A DNA stretch of 64,000 nt from Catajapyx aquilonaris (Eukaryota). Where the stretch lies: assembly GCA_000934665.2 (NCBI GenBank), contig KZ538003.1:62001-126000 (forward strand). Reading direction: 5' to 3'. Position numbers and translations under genes: made by a program. Shown in pieces: positions 53,011-62,474 of the stretch (the first letter of the stretch is position 1; every line of letters begins with the position of its first letter). The notes below the pieces were generated by a model. It saw only the letters and a list, made by a program, of their open reading frames with translations. It was not told the DNA's origin and did not search any database.

Positions 53011-53269
53011 CAGGGGTTCCCAACCTGGGGGTCACGACCCCACAAGGGGGCCATGGAGCAGGTCCAGGGGGCAGTGAGAGGCAGCGGTTATTTTTATAAA
53101 TGATGAAATAACTAAAATTTAAAAAAATAATAAAATAGATTTTATAGGAAATTTCATCAGGACTGCCTTTTTTTCAACTTCTACTAACACTCGGGAGGGG
53201 GGGGGGGGTCGCAGGTTACTTGACTATCATAAAATGGGGTTGCGGCCCGAAAAAGGTTGGGAACTACTG
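53011..53269. mobile_element. hAT (Charlie-like) MITE in the 3' UTR of copy 4
   Basis: TIRs CAGGGGTTCCCAACCT / AGGTTGGGAACTACTG; perfect 8-bp TSD CTATAAGG (53003-53010, 53270-53277); empty site CCTATACGGAATGCG behind copy 6. Confidence 0.93.
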
Positions 53270-53310
53270 CTATAAGGAATGCGACGACTCTTTTCGTCGT
53301 TTATTTGAGA

Positions 53311-54332
53311 CTAGCAGGTTACCCGGCGTTGCCCGGATATGTTGGGGTGATGGTAAAGATAGGGGTACATATCTGCGATAGATTACCTGCTTGTCTTATA
53401 GCGTACAGTCAACACGGATATTCTGATTGGATGTGTAAAAGGAGGAATGCGGATGGAGTTGGCCCAGGAAAAGACTGCGCAGCCATGTGTTTTTTCCAAT
53501 GCATTTTTGACCCCTTGATCCCCCCCCCCCCAACCCCACTTCACACCCCCACCTCGTTCCATATGTTTGCTCTGAAGAACTAGAAATGTACGTACAGATG
53601 TATGATGGGAAATTATGTTTTCAACACGGAGTAATATTCAGCAACTACTGTATTATTTAATTGTATTCACTTTTTCTGGAAGTCTATTTTCAAATCCCAC
53701 AAAATCCCGGAATTACCATAAGATACGAACTCACGTGAGGTGGCCAATTAGCGTAATTATTGGTGGATGCGTTGAATTTACGGAGATGGTTTAATTTGCT
53801 AGGTGTTGTTGCATAAGGGCATTTCGTAGGGGAGACGAAGTGGAGCTGCGGAAATGCGCCCACGGATGTTAAGGTCCCGGGTTCGATCCCAACCCGGGGT
53901 TCCCCCCTTCATCCCGTGCAGAGTTGGGTCGTCTCTGGCTTCGTTTCGGATGGAATCTCCTCAGACTAATCCACCCGGAGGAGTTCACAAAATGTACCCT
54001 TTGAGAATTGCACTTGCACCTTAGTCACCCTGCCCGTGGGCCCGGGCGCTACGTCAAAAAGGTTCCATCAAGACGAAATAAAGGTTCCCTCCCTAGGCAT
54101 TTCCATGGGAATGCAAATTGATTTATTGTTATTGATGTAAGTGAATTGTTGAGGCAGGAATATGCGTGTTGTGGGAATTAGGTACATTTTCGGAAGCTGA
54201 AACATGCGGCGTTAGATTCCTTGGAAAAAGTAACCCCCGATATGCTAATTTAAGGCGGTGTAGCCTTCCCCTGGATTTCTATAAGGGACAAACATCCAAA
54301 CTGACAAACTTCCTTATTTATAGATATAGAGA
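53311..54332 (-). mobile_element. Non-autonomous Helitron containing a nested SINE
   Basis: Minus strand 5'-TC...hairpin...CTAG-3', inserted between A and T with no TSD; empty site TTATTTGAGA|TATTATGTCAC at 59721-59741. Confidence 0.9.
53829..54095 (+). mobile_element. tRNA-derived SINE nested in the Helitron
   Basis: A-box-like TGGAGCTGCGG, B-box GGTTCGATCCC; body homologous to 56390-56788; possible TSD GGCATTTC (53818-53825, 54096-54103). Confidence 0.82.
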
Positions 54333-54494
54333 TATTTTGTCACAATTTGCTGCACCGTGACATGCATCAAGACGGGTTTCACTTATCCGCGACAAATAAT
54401 CATGAAACCAACAATCACGCACCGAATAACTGGGGCTCCAGGCACGGTGTCATTTTAAATATAATTCAGCAACAAGCGCGGCATTTGCACATAA

Positions 54495-54606
54495 CTGTAA
54501 TGTCTGTAATTGTTTGTTGCCTAGCCGTTACTCAGGGTAACTATATTGTAATTGTAATGTCTGTCATTGTTTTGGTTGCCTAGTCGTTGTTCTTAGTAAC
54601 CATATA
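54495..54606. repeat. Tandem duplication, ~57-bp unit x2
   Basis: TGTAATGTCTGT(A/C)ATTGTTT..GTTGCCTAG(C/T)CGTT...GTAAC repeated. Confidence 0.7.
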
Positions 54607-54639
54607 AATGTTGTTGGTAACATAATTATAACAAACCAA

Positions 54640-54856
54640 GGGCAGCAAAATGAACGCCCGCCCGCAAAGTTGCAGCCCGCAAAGTGTTTACGTTACCTCA
54701 GTGGTTTCCTAGGGTTTGCGGGAGGGAGCTAAAACGGAGGCCCCAGCTGCAGGCTGCAAGTCGGCCTGCAGATTGAAGACTTGCAGCCGCAAGTAGTTGC
54801 AGGCAGGTTGAGGGGGTCCCGCAAGTGACTTGCCAGTTGCAGCCGGTTTTGTAGTG
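54640..54856. mobile_element. Possible CACTA/EnSpm-like end with subterminal TTGCAG/CCGCAA repeats
   Basis: Ends TTTTGTAGTG (reverse complement CACTACAAAA); many TTGCAGCC(C)GCAA repeats; other terminus not clearly seen. Confidence 0.35.
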
Positions 54857-55009
54857 GGAAAATCTTCACTTGGACAGGACACGTACTATACACTTTTGGT
54901 CCGGGTACATCGTTTTAGGCGGGAGAGTTCTGCGCTACCACGGAAGTGTCTTAGAACGACCGACGCAATTTCTTCGTCCGGGGGGAACCTTTATTACGGC
55001 GGTATACCA

Positions 55010-55200
55010 AATTTGGTGATAAGAAAAGTGACCCACGAACTTGCAACACCCTGTATATTACTAATGTATTGTAATAGTATGGCTGGTATAACCAACACAG
55101 CTAGTATGATAGCTATATTGGTTATAGCCAGTATGATAGATATACAGGGTGTTCGAAATTCGTGGGTCGTTTTTATAACTGATATCGCCAGATACTACGT
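55010..55200. mobile_element. Two truncated Tc1/mariner-like ends arranged back-to-back
   Basis: ...GACCCACGAACTTGCAACACCCTG|TA (terminus 55053) and TA|CAGGGTGTTCGAAATTCGTGGGTC (terminus 55145). Confidence 0.65.
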
Positions 55201-55361
55201 CTGCCAAAATAGCCGCGTTAAAATAAACCCGTGGCCCGGGTCTGAATAATCCTATATTGTTATAACTTGGTGGGACCAAATTTTATCACAGCCTTATAGT
55301 TACCTCGTCTTCCGCAATAAACAAAAGCAATAAATGTGACTGTATATCTCTTTGATATTAG

Positions 55362-56175
55362 GATTGACTATACGAAAACAAATTAGCTCTTTGGTCCGCC
55401 TTCCTATACCCCAGGTAGTGACCATGGGAACTTATGACATGGATGCCAATGTGTTAGGATTTTCTATGTATGGCAATGGAACATATATTGGTATCACTGG
55501 GGTGAGCCATCACTTTGCTTGTCTTTTTGGTGTCACCCGCACTGGATTATTACCAATATAATATTATGTTACATGACAAACAGCTATAGTAGGCTATATA
55601 TGCACATCTACGGAATTTCTCGTCTGGCTGTGGAAAAGATCGACGGCGAATTACACCTGCAGGAGAAGGACACGGAACTCACATACAGCTACGGGAAAGC
55701 TGCAATGCGGTTGAACAATTTGGACTAAACGGAATGGTACGCTCTGAAGTACTGAGTTCTGTTCTTGATCGGAATTGGAATTTTTACATTTTCGGAAAGT
55801 GTTTTCTTCACTTCCCTGTGGGTTTTCTAGAAATTGTCTAGGTTCCTGCAACGTTCTAGTCGTACGACCAATTTATTGACTCTGTCTGTCTGTTTGTGGC
55901 GTGAGAGTGGAATATGTGCATGATTTTTCTCGACATTCTAATGGAGATGATGTTTCAGAGCAAGGTGCTTCCACGGTTGTTAGAGTATATATCCTTCAGG
56001 TGCTTCGGCCTTCTTGGACATGAATGTGGACGCTGTCATGGACGAAATGAGACCAAATGCCAAGAAGCAGTTCCGAGCGTTAACCGGAAACAATGTAAAC
56101 AGAGTTATGTCCAAGATCAAGCTGGATGACCTGGCCGGAAGCGAATTCATAAAGGAAACATTTGGCATCAATTAG
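55362..56175 (+). pseudogene. Takeout/JHBP pseudogene (copy 5; exons 4-6 only)
   Basis: Exon 4 has frameshifting +TA insertions (55369-55372, 55484-55487); exon 5 has a premature TAA (55726-55728); exon 6 has a 35-nt insertion; exons 1-3 are absent and homology starts in intron 3 at ~55291. Confidence 0.9.
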
Positions 56176-56387
56176 ACGCAATTATTAGGCATTGTTCTTA
56201 TCAGGAAAGCTACGTCTTGTCATCCCTCATTTGCGATATTATTTTGTCTCAATTTGCTGTAGAGTCACTTTGAATATTATGGTGTATTCTTGAAGCGTAA
56301 TAAAAACACTACATTACGAAAACTGCGTCTAATTACTCCATTCTTTATGCGAGATAATTAGCCCATTGAGACTTCTCACAGTGGAGA

Positions 56388-56389
<2 letters not shown>

Positions 56390-56463
<74 letters not shown>

Positions 56464-56788
56464 CCGGGTAGTGCTTGACCTCATCAGAGGTATATTGCAC
56501 GGACCTTTATTTATGTCTCGTACATATATTGGAACCTTTATACGTAACGCCCGGGCCCACGGGCAGGATGACAGGAGGGGATGTGCAAGGTGCAGTGCAT
56601 CTGACGCTGTGGCCAATTTTAGTGAAATCCCCCGGGTGGTTTTGTCTGTGGAAATACCACCCGAGACGAAGCCAGATGTGACCCTGAACTCTGCACGAGA
56701 TGAAGGGGGTGTCTCCAGGTTGGGATCGAACCCGGGACCTTAACATCCGTGGGGGCGTACGTTACCGCAGCGCCATTTCGCCTCCCTG
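56390..56788 (-). mobile_element. tRNA-derived SINE with (ATT)n tail
   Basis: Minus-strand A-box TGGCGCTGCGG, B-box GGTTCGATCCC, 3' stem-loop and long ATT tail; TSD CACAGTGGAGAGA (56377-56389) / CACAGTGGAGTGA (56789-56801); empty site near 51160. Confidence 0.92.
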
Positions 56789-56852
56789 CACAGTGGAGTG
56801 AGTAATACTGTGTTGTCATCTGCTCCTGGACCGGTCTTCGGAAGTAGTGTAG

Positions 56853-57763
56853 CCTCCTGACACCCGACGTCCAATATATTGGACATCTGGAAAAGTTTTT
56901 TTTGGCGCCAACTATAGTGATGCCAACAGAACTGTAATCTGGTGGTATCCCATGCTTACAATCTGGCCTCAATATGTGTAGCCACCTCGTGTAGAATATC
57001 TGACTTGGGCCGCGAAAATTAAATCGCGGATAAAATGGCGGATGCCGCTGCTGAAGCTAGGCGCTCATCTGATAAGTTTTATTTTTTTCCTCATATTTAG
57101 AGTGCGATTTTCATCAATGCAGCGAATGTCCTGGGATTCACAAGGAATGTGTATTAGGAAATACGAAAATATGTGTCTGTGACAGGCTTCGTTGCCGTAG
57201 AGATGTGGTAATTTTCTTTTCTTCCTGAGACCAAATGCCCACTTAAATGGGCATCCGAAAAAAGTTTTCTTTAGCTGAATGGGCTGTGACTTTTCTTTAA
57301 GTGCCTGTACCTATACACCCATAAGGAAGTGTGCTTTGGACTAGAGTTCAGTTTTAAAATCTAGAATAGCGAGGTACCATATGCTGGGAGGTCAGAAGGG
57401 AAGGAGAAAGGCCCATGCCTGGAGTGGTGGCCTTTCAAATAATTTCATATTTATCTTTAATTGTGTTCTGAAGTTCTGAGAGGATTTTCTACCATGAATT
57501 CCACAAATGAATGTAAAAAACATTGTTTGGAGGTTAGAGCACTATGTGAGTGATCAAATGAGTGACATTTAACTTTTCAACATTTATCCGTTCTGCTTTT
57601 GTAGCAGCAATTGAGTCCTAATGTTCTCATTGGTTGTTTGTCACTATATTTGTCAATATTTTAAAACTAAATTTTTTTCTCGTTTCTTATTGGGAAAATG
57701 TTCAGAAAATGCAATAAGAACCGACATTGCGTTATTACTCAATTCTTCTCGGGTCTCAGGAGG
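56853..57763. mobile_element. piggyBac-like non-autonomous DNA transposon (911 bp) with 4-bp TSD GTAG
   Basis: TIRs CCTCCTGACACCCGA / TCGGGTCTCAGGAGG; TSD GTAG (56849-56852, 57764-57767); empty site with a single GTAG at 51217-51220. The superfamily assignment is inference from CC..GG ends and a 4-bp TSD. Confidence 0.8.
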
Positions 57764-58352
57764 GTAGGATTTTTTGAAGATTTTTGAATTCTGGAGTGTG
57801 GAACATTGTTTTAGAAGCATTTTCATTCAAGGTTACCAAATAGTTTCATGCATATACGGCGAAGTTGCATAAGTTCTGACAGTAGATTATTCATTAACTT
57901 GGAAGTACAATAATAATATATAGACTTGTTTTTATTGCCACAAATTTTTATTGAGGATCATACTGTTTTCCTGGATTAAATAATTATACTGATTTAATAT
58001 CTGTTATGATTTTAGTATTATGGATATTGAAAATTAATGCAAATGGCAATGAGATATTTTTGTCATGCTTGCCACAACGTTCTTAATTAGAAGTACCTAA
58101 CGGTATGTGCTGCAAATTAAGTCAATGTTTTATTAAAGCACAATATATTGCGAGTCACATTAAAATTTCGATTCAAATATGGTGGTAAAAGGAATCAAGT
58201 TATGGTAGAATGTAAAACGTGTAGTACTTTTTATGTCATCAGATCAATTTATCACTACAGTAAAATATTTAAGATCTTCCTGGTGAAAAAGCGTTTAAAA
58301 ATTCCAGATTTGCATATAATCCCCTCATAGTACTTGGGGAGTTAATCGAAAA

Positions 58353-59648
58353 ATGAAACCTCTCTTTGTTGCACTCTGCTGTGCTTTGGCATACGCTTCA
58401 GACATAACCTTAGGTAAGTTTGTTACATTGTAGAAGTTAATACATCATTCAGACGGTGCGTGTCACTTGACAGAAGATGCTTACACAAGATGCAAAGGAG
58501 TGTCACGAGATGAGGTGGAGCCCTGCATAATTCAGCTGGTGAATGATCTGAGTCCCCTGATCATGGAAGGCAAGTCATCCTATATCAACACAAACATGTC
58601 TATGGTGACTGGCAACTAATGTGCACTTTCTTGCACGGAACAGGTATTTCTGATTTGGAATTGCAACCTGACACGTGCAATTTTGACAAAGTGGACTTCG
58701 ATCATAAAGAAGGGATCAGTCATTTTAAGGCACACTACTCTACTGGAAAATTTAGAGGCCTGGATGAATTTCACTTGACTCATCTAAAGTAAGATGCCTC
58801 TGCTTCCCACAATTAAACCACAACAATTATTGCGACTGTTTCCTTTTTATGTTAGGATTGACTACAACAACAAGCTGGCTGTTTGGTCCGCCTTATTTCC
58901 CGAAGTTGTGGCCTTGGGAACCTACTTCATGGATGCCAATATTCTGGGATTTCCCATGTATGGCAACGGAACATATTGGTATCGCTGGGGTAAATCATCA
59001 CTTCTTTCCTTTACTAATGCCACTCTCTATTTTTTATGCGCACTTAATTATTTTATCTCACGTCAACCAGAGAGTTTGCACGCCTACGGAGTCTCTCACC
59101 TGGCAGTGGAAGAGCTCAACGGGGAGTTGCATCTTCAGGAGGAGGACACTGAACTCACGTTCAGCTATGGGAAAGCTGCAATGCGGATGAACAACCTGTA
59201 CGACGGAGACCCCATCTTACGTAAGCGTTGCTAATTAATAGAGTGGAACCCGGAGTTAGCCTACATGGTTACATCAACGATATAGGAAAGGATTTTCACG
59301 TATGGAAAAGCTTCTTTCGATCTTCCTATGGGTTTGACTGGAGTTCGCCAACTGTTTAAGAACCTAATATCCCTACCCCCCTTTCAATCCCTAATAATAA
59401 TCATAATTGCCTTGGCTCCTTCCAATAAACCAAACATGCGGCATTCTAACGAGAATGATGTTACAGAGCAAGGAGCTTCTGCCTTCCTGGATATGAATGT
59501 GGACGCTGTCGTGGACGAATTGCGACCCGAGGTCAAGAGACAGTTCCGAGCATTTACAGGAAACCACGTGAACAGAGCCCTGGCCAAGATCAAGCTGGAT
59601 GACCTGGCCGGAAGCGAATTCATCAAGGAAGCATTTGGGATCAATTAG
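58353..59648 (+). CDS. Takeout/JHBP superfamily protein, copy 6 (255 aa)
   Basis: Exons 58353-58413, 58474-58569, 58644-58788, 58856-58989, 59071-59220, 59467-59648; closest to copy 4, including introns and flanks. Confidence 0.88.
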
Positions 59649-60473
59649 ACGCAATGCAATGATTATGCCTGGTTCCTATACGGAATGCGACGATTCTCGT
59701 CGTTAGACTCTCGTCGTCCTTTATTTGAGATATTATGTCACAATTTGCTGCACAGTGAGATGCTTCAGGAAGGGTTTCACTTATCCGCGACAAATTATCA
59801 TGAAGCCAAAAATCAGCGGATAACTGGGGTTCCAGGCACAGTGTCATTTTAAATCTTATTCAACTACAAGCGGCATTTGCACATAACTTTTAAAAATACT
59901 TCCATCCTTATGGCAAGATTTCAAAATTAATTCCAGTAGCTTATCGGCTAAGTAGCAATTTGATTGGCACTAATGAGCTTATTATTATGAGGCTACGACA
60001 ATAATTTTTCTGGACTGAATAAAGATCTGTTATTATTTTGTCATAATGTTCGTGTTATTGGATGTTTAAAAGTCAGGAAATGGACAGAGACATATTTTTC
60101 CTTATTTTCCACATTGTTATTAAGTAAGGCAACAGTTTTCAGCAGACGTGCTCAGAGAAGAAGGATTTTGATAATGGGCGCCCCGACAACGACCTCAGAG
60201 TTGGAAGCCTTTGGGATCACCGTGCCACACTTACCAAGTTGTATCCCAGCAATTAAAATGCAGTCATTGGTGTAAATGGGAAACTTATGCGGGAATATAA
60301 CTTATATGAATATTTTTCCTCCTCTCATACTTATGCCAACATACCAGTATCCATTACCGTAATGTCTGATGTGAAATATTTTTCTTCCTGGTGCATTCTC
60401 ACAAATAAACGTAATATTAAAATTTCATATTTGCGTCAAGTGTATCCATACGTACTAGAGTGCTGATCTAATC

Positions 60474-62144
60474 ATGACGCCTCTCTTTGCTGTACTCTGC
60501 TGTGTTCTGGCACACACTTCAGCCATAACACTAGGTAAGTTTGGCAAAATGCAGGGGAAAATTAATGCATTGTTTACCCAAGCATTCACTCAGATTGAAC
60601 ATTGCCCACTGTCTGTTTCCAATCTTCAATCTGATTATTTTGATGGCTAAATTACCCGAATTATTTTTATATCACTATGAGCAATGCACTAACCTCCATA
60701 TACTGTATGGTATGTAGATATTTTATAAAGTGTCTTAAAACATTTTTCTCCACATTTGCCTCGTGCAAATGGCTGCAAATGGTGAATGTCACTTGACAGA
60801 AGATGCATACACACGATGCAAAGGGGTGTCACGAGATGAGCTGGAGCCCTGCATCATTCAGTTGGTTAACGATCTGAGTCCCCTGATCATAGAAGGCAAG
60901 TAATCCTATCAACACAATGATATCTGAATGTACGATATGCTAACCCCCATTTACGTACCTTGTACGGAACAGGTACTTCCGAATTGGAATTGCAGCCTGA
61001 CACGTGCAATTTTGACCAAATTGACGTGGAATATAAAGAAGGAATCAATCACTTAACTGCACATTATTATAATGGAAAGTATCGAGGATTAGAGGATTTT
61101 CGCCTGACTCATCTTAAGTAAGTACAGTGTGTATTGGTTACTTCACATCCTCCAGTCTTTCAAATCTTGTGTTCGATCCCCAAATCAACCCAATCAACCG
61201 GATGAACTGCTCATTATATAGGAATTAATATTCTCCAGTGGGCTTTCCTATACCACTGAACTTCCTCTATACCTTTCCTGGCCTTAGTTTCCTCTGCCTC
61301 CCCAATAAACCAAAGCAATAATAGCGACTGTTTTCTGTTGGTGTTAGGATTGACTACGAAAACAAACTAGCCGTTTGGTCTGCCTTGCTTCCGGAGTTAG
61401 TTGGCATGGGCACCTACTCCCTGGATGCAAATGTTCTGGGATTTCCTCTATATGGTAACGGAACACAATGGTTTAGATACGGTAAGCCATAACTTTATCT
61501 TTCTCATGTGACCCCAACTGGTACAGTACATAATTTATTATTACATACACACCGAATTATTATTATCAATCAATGTCAAATGTCAACCAGAGAATTTCCA
61601 CCTCTACGGAGTGTCTCACCTGGCAGTGGAAGAGATCAACGGGGAGCTACACCTCCAGGAGAAGGACACCAAAATCACGTTCAGCTATAGGAGAGGTGCA
61701 ATACGGTTAAACAACTTATATGACGGAGATCCCATTTTACGTAAGTCTTGCTAATTACTCGTAATAAAGTGGAACACCCTTAGTAGGTCCTGAGTTCAAT
61801 CCCCGATCGAGCAAGCAATTATCCCATCTGCAAAGGGTTCTCACCAGAGTCCCGTGAATTTGCCTAGAGTTCTGCTGATTTTTTCAACTGTCTAATATAC
61901 TATGTAGTATAACCTGCAGCAGTCATGCGGCGTTATTCTAACGGGGATCGATGATGTTTCAGAGGAAGGTGCTAATGCCTTCCTGAGCATGAATGTGGAC
62001 GCTTTCTTGGACGAATTGCGACCCGAGATCAAGAATCTGTTCCGAGCCATGACCGGAAACCACGTGAACAAAGCCCTTGCCAAGATCAAGCTGGATGACC
62101 TGGCCGGAAGCGAATTCATAAAGGAAGCATTTGCCATCAACTAA
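60474..62144 (+). CDS. Takeout/JHBP superfamily protein, copy 7 (255 aa)
   Basis: Exons 60474-60534, 60800-60895, 60973-61117, 61348-61481, 61591-61740, 61963-62144; intact; AATAAA at 62267. Confidence 0.88.
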
Positions 62145-62287
62145 GCATGCTTCTCATGACGAAAGTGATCAGTATTGTCATACCTCATTTGTAATCTTTT
62201 GTCTCAATTTGCCTTGCAATTTGCTGTAGAGTGAGTCCTCTTCACTCTTGAGGTTCGATAATCTCGAATAAATATTAAATAAATATA

Positions 62288-62394
62288 CAGTGAAACTTTG
62301 TGTGTGTGTTGGACACTGACGGTTCCAAGGAAACTATCCAGCATATAGGGATGTGTCCAACATATTTAGGATTTCAATCTTACAGGTTTCATAG
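62288..62394. mobile_element. Possible decayed pogo/Tigger-like MITE
   Basis: TA|CAGTGAAAC start, degenerate GTTTCATAG end, internal inverted TGTTGGACAC / GTGTCCAACA. Confidence 0.3.
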
Positions 62395-62474
62395 CGCGAA
62401 CATTACGAATCCTGCGTCCACTTGCTATACATGCAAGATGATGCAAGATTAGCCAAGTTGGTGCGGCGAGATAG

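Noticed and set aside
53840..53900. tRNA gene candidates at the SINE heads (also 56715-56785)
   Set aside because: A and B boxes present but no full cloverleaf or terminator; followed by a shared SINE body.
55284..55293. TATCACAGCC matching the 5' end of miR-2/miR-13
   Set aside because: Only 10 nt match, no precursor hairpin, and it spans a TE/intron junction.
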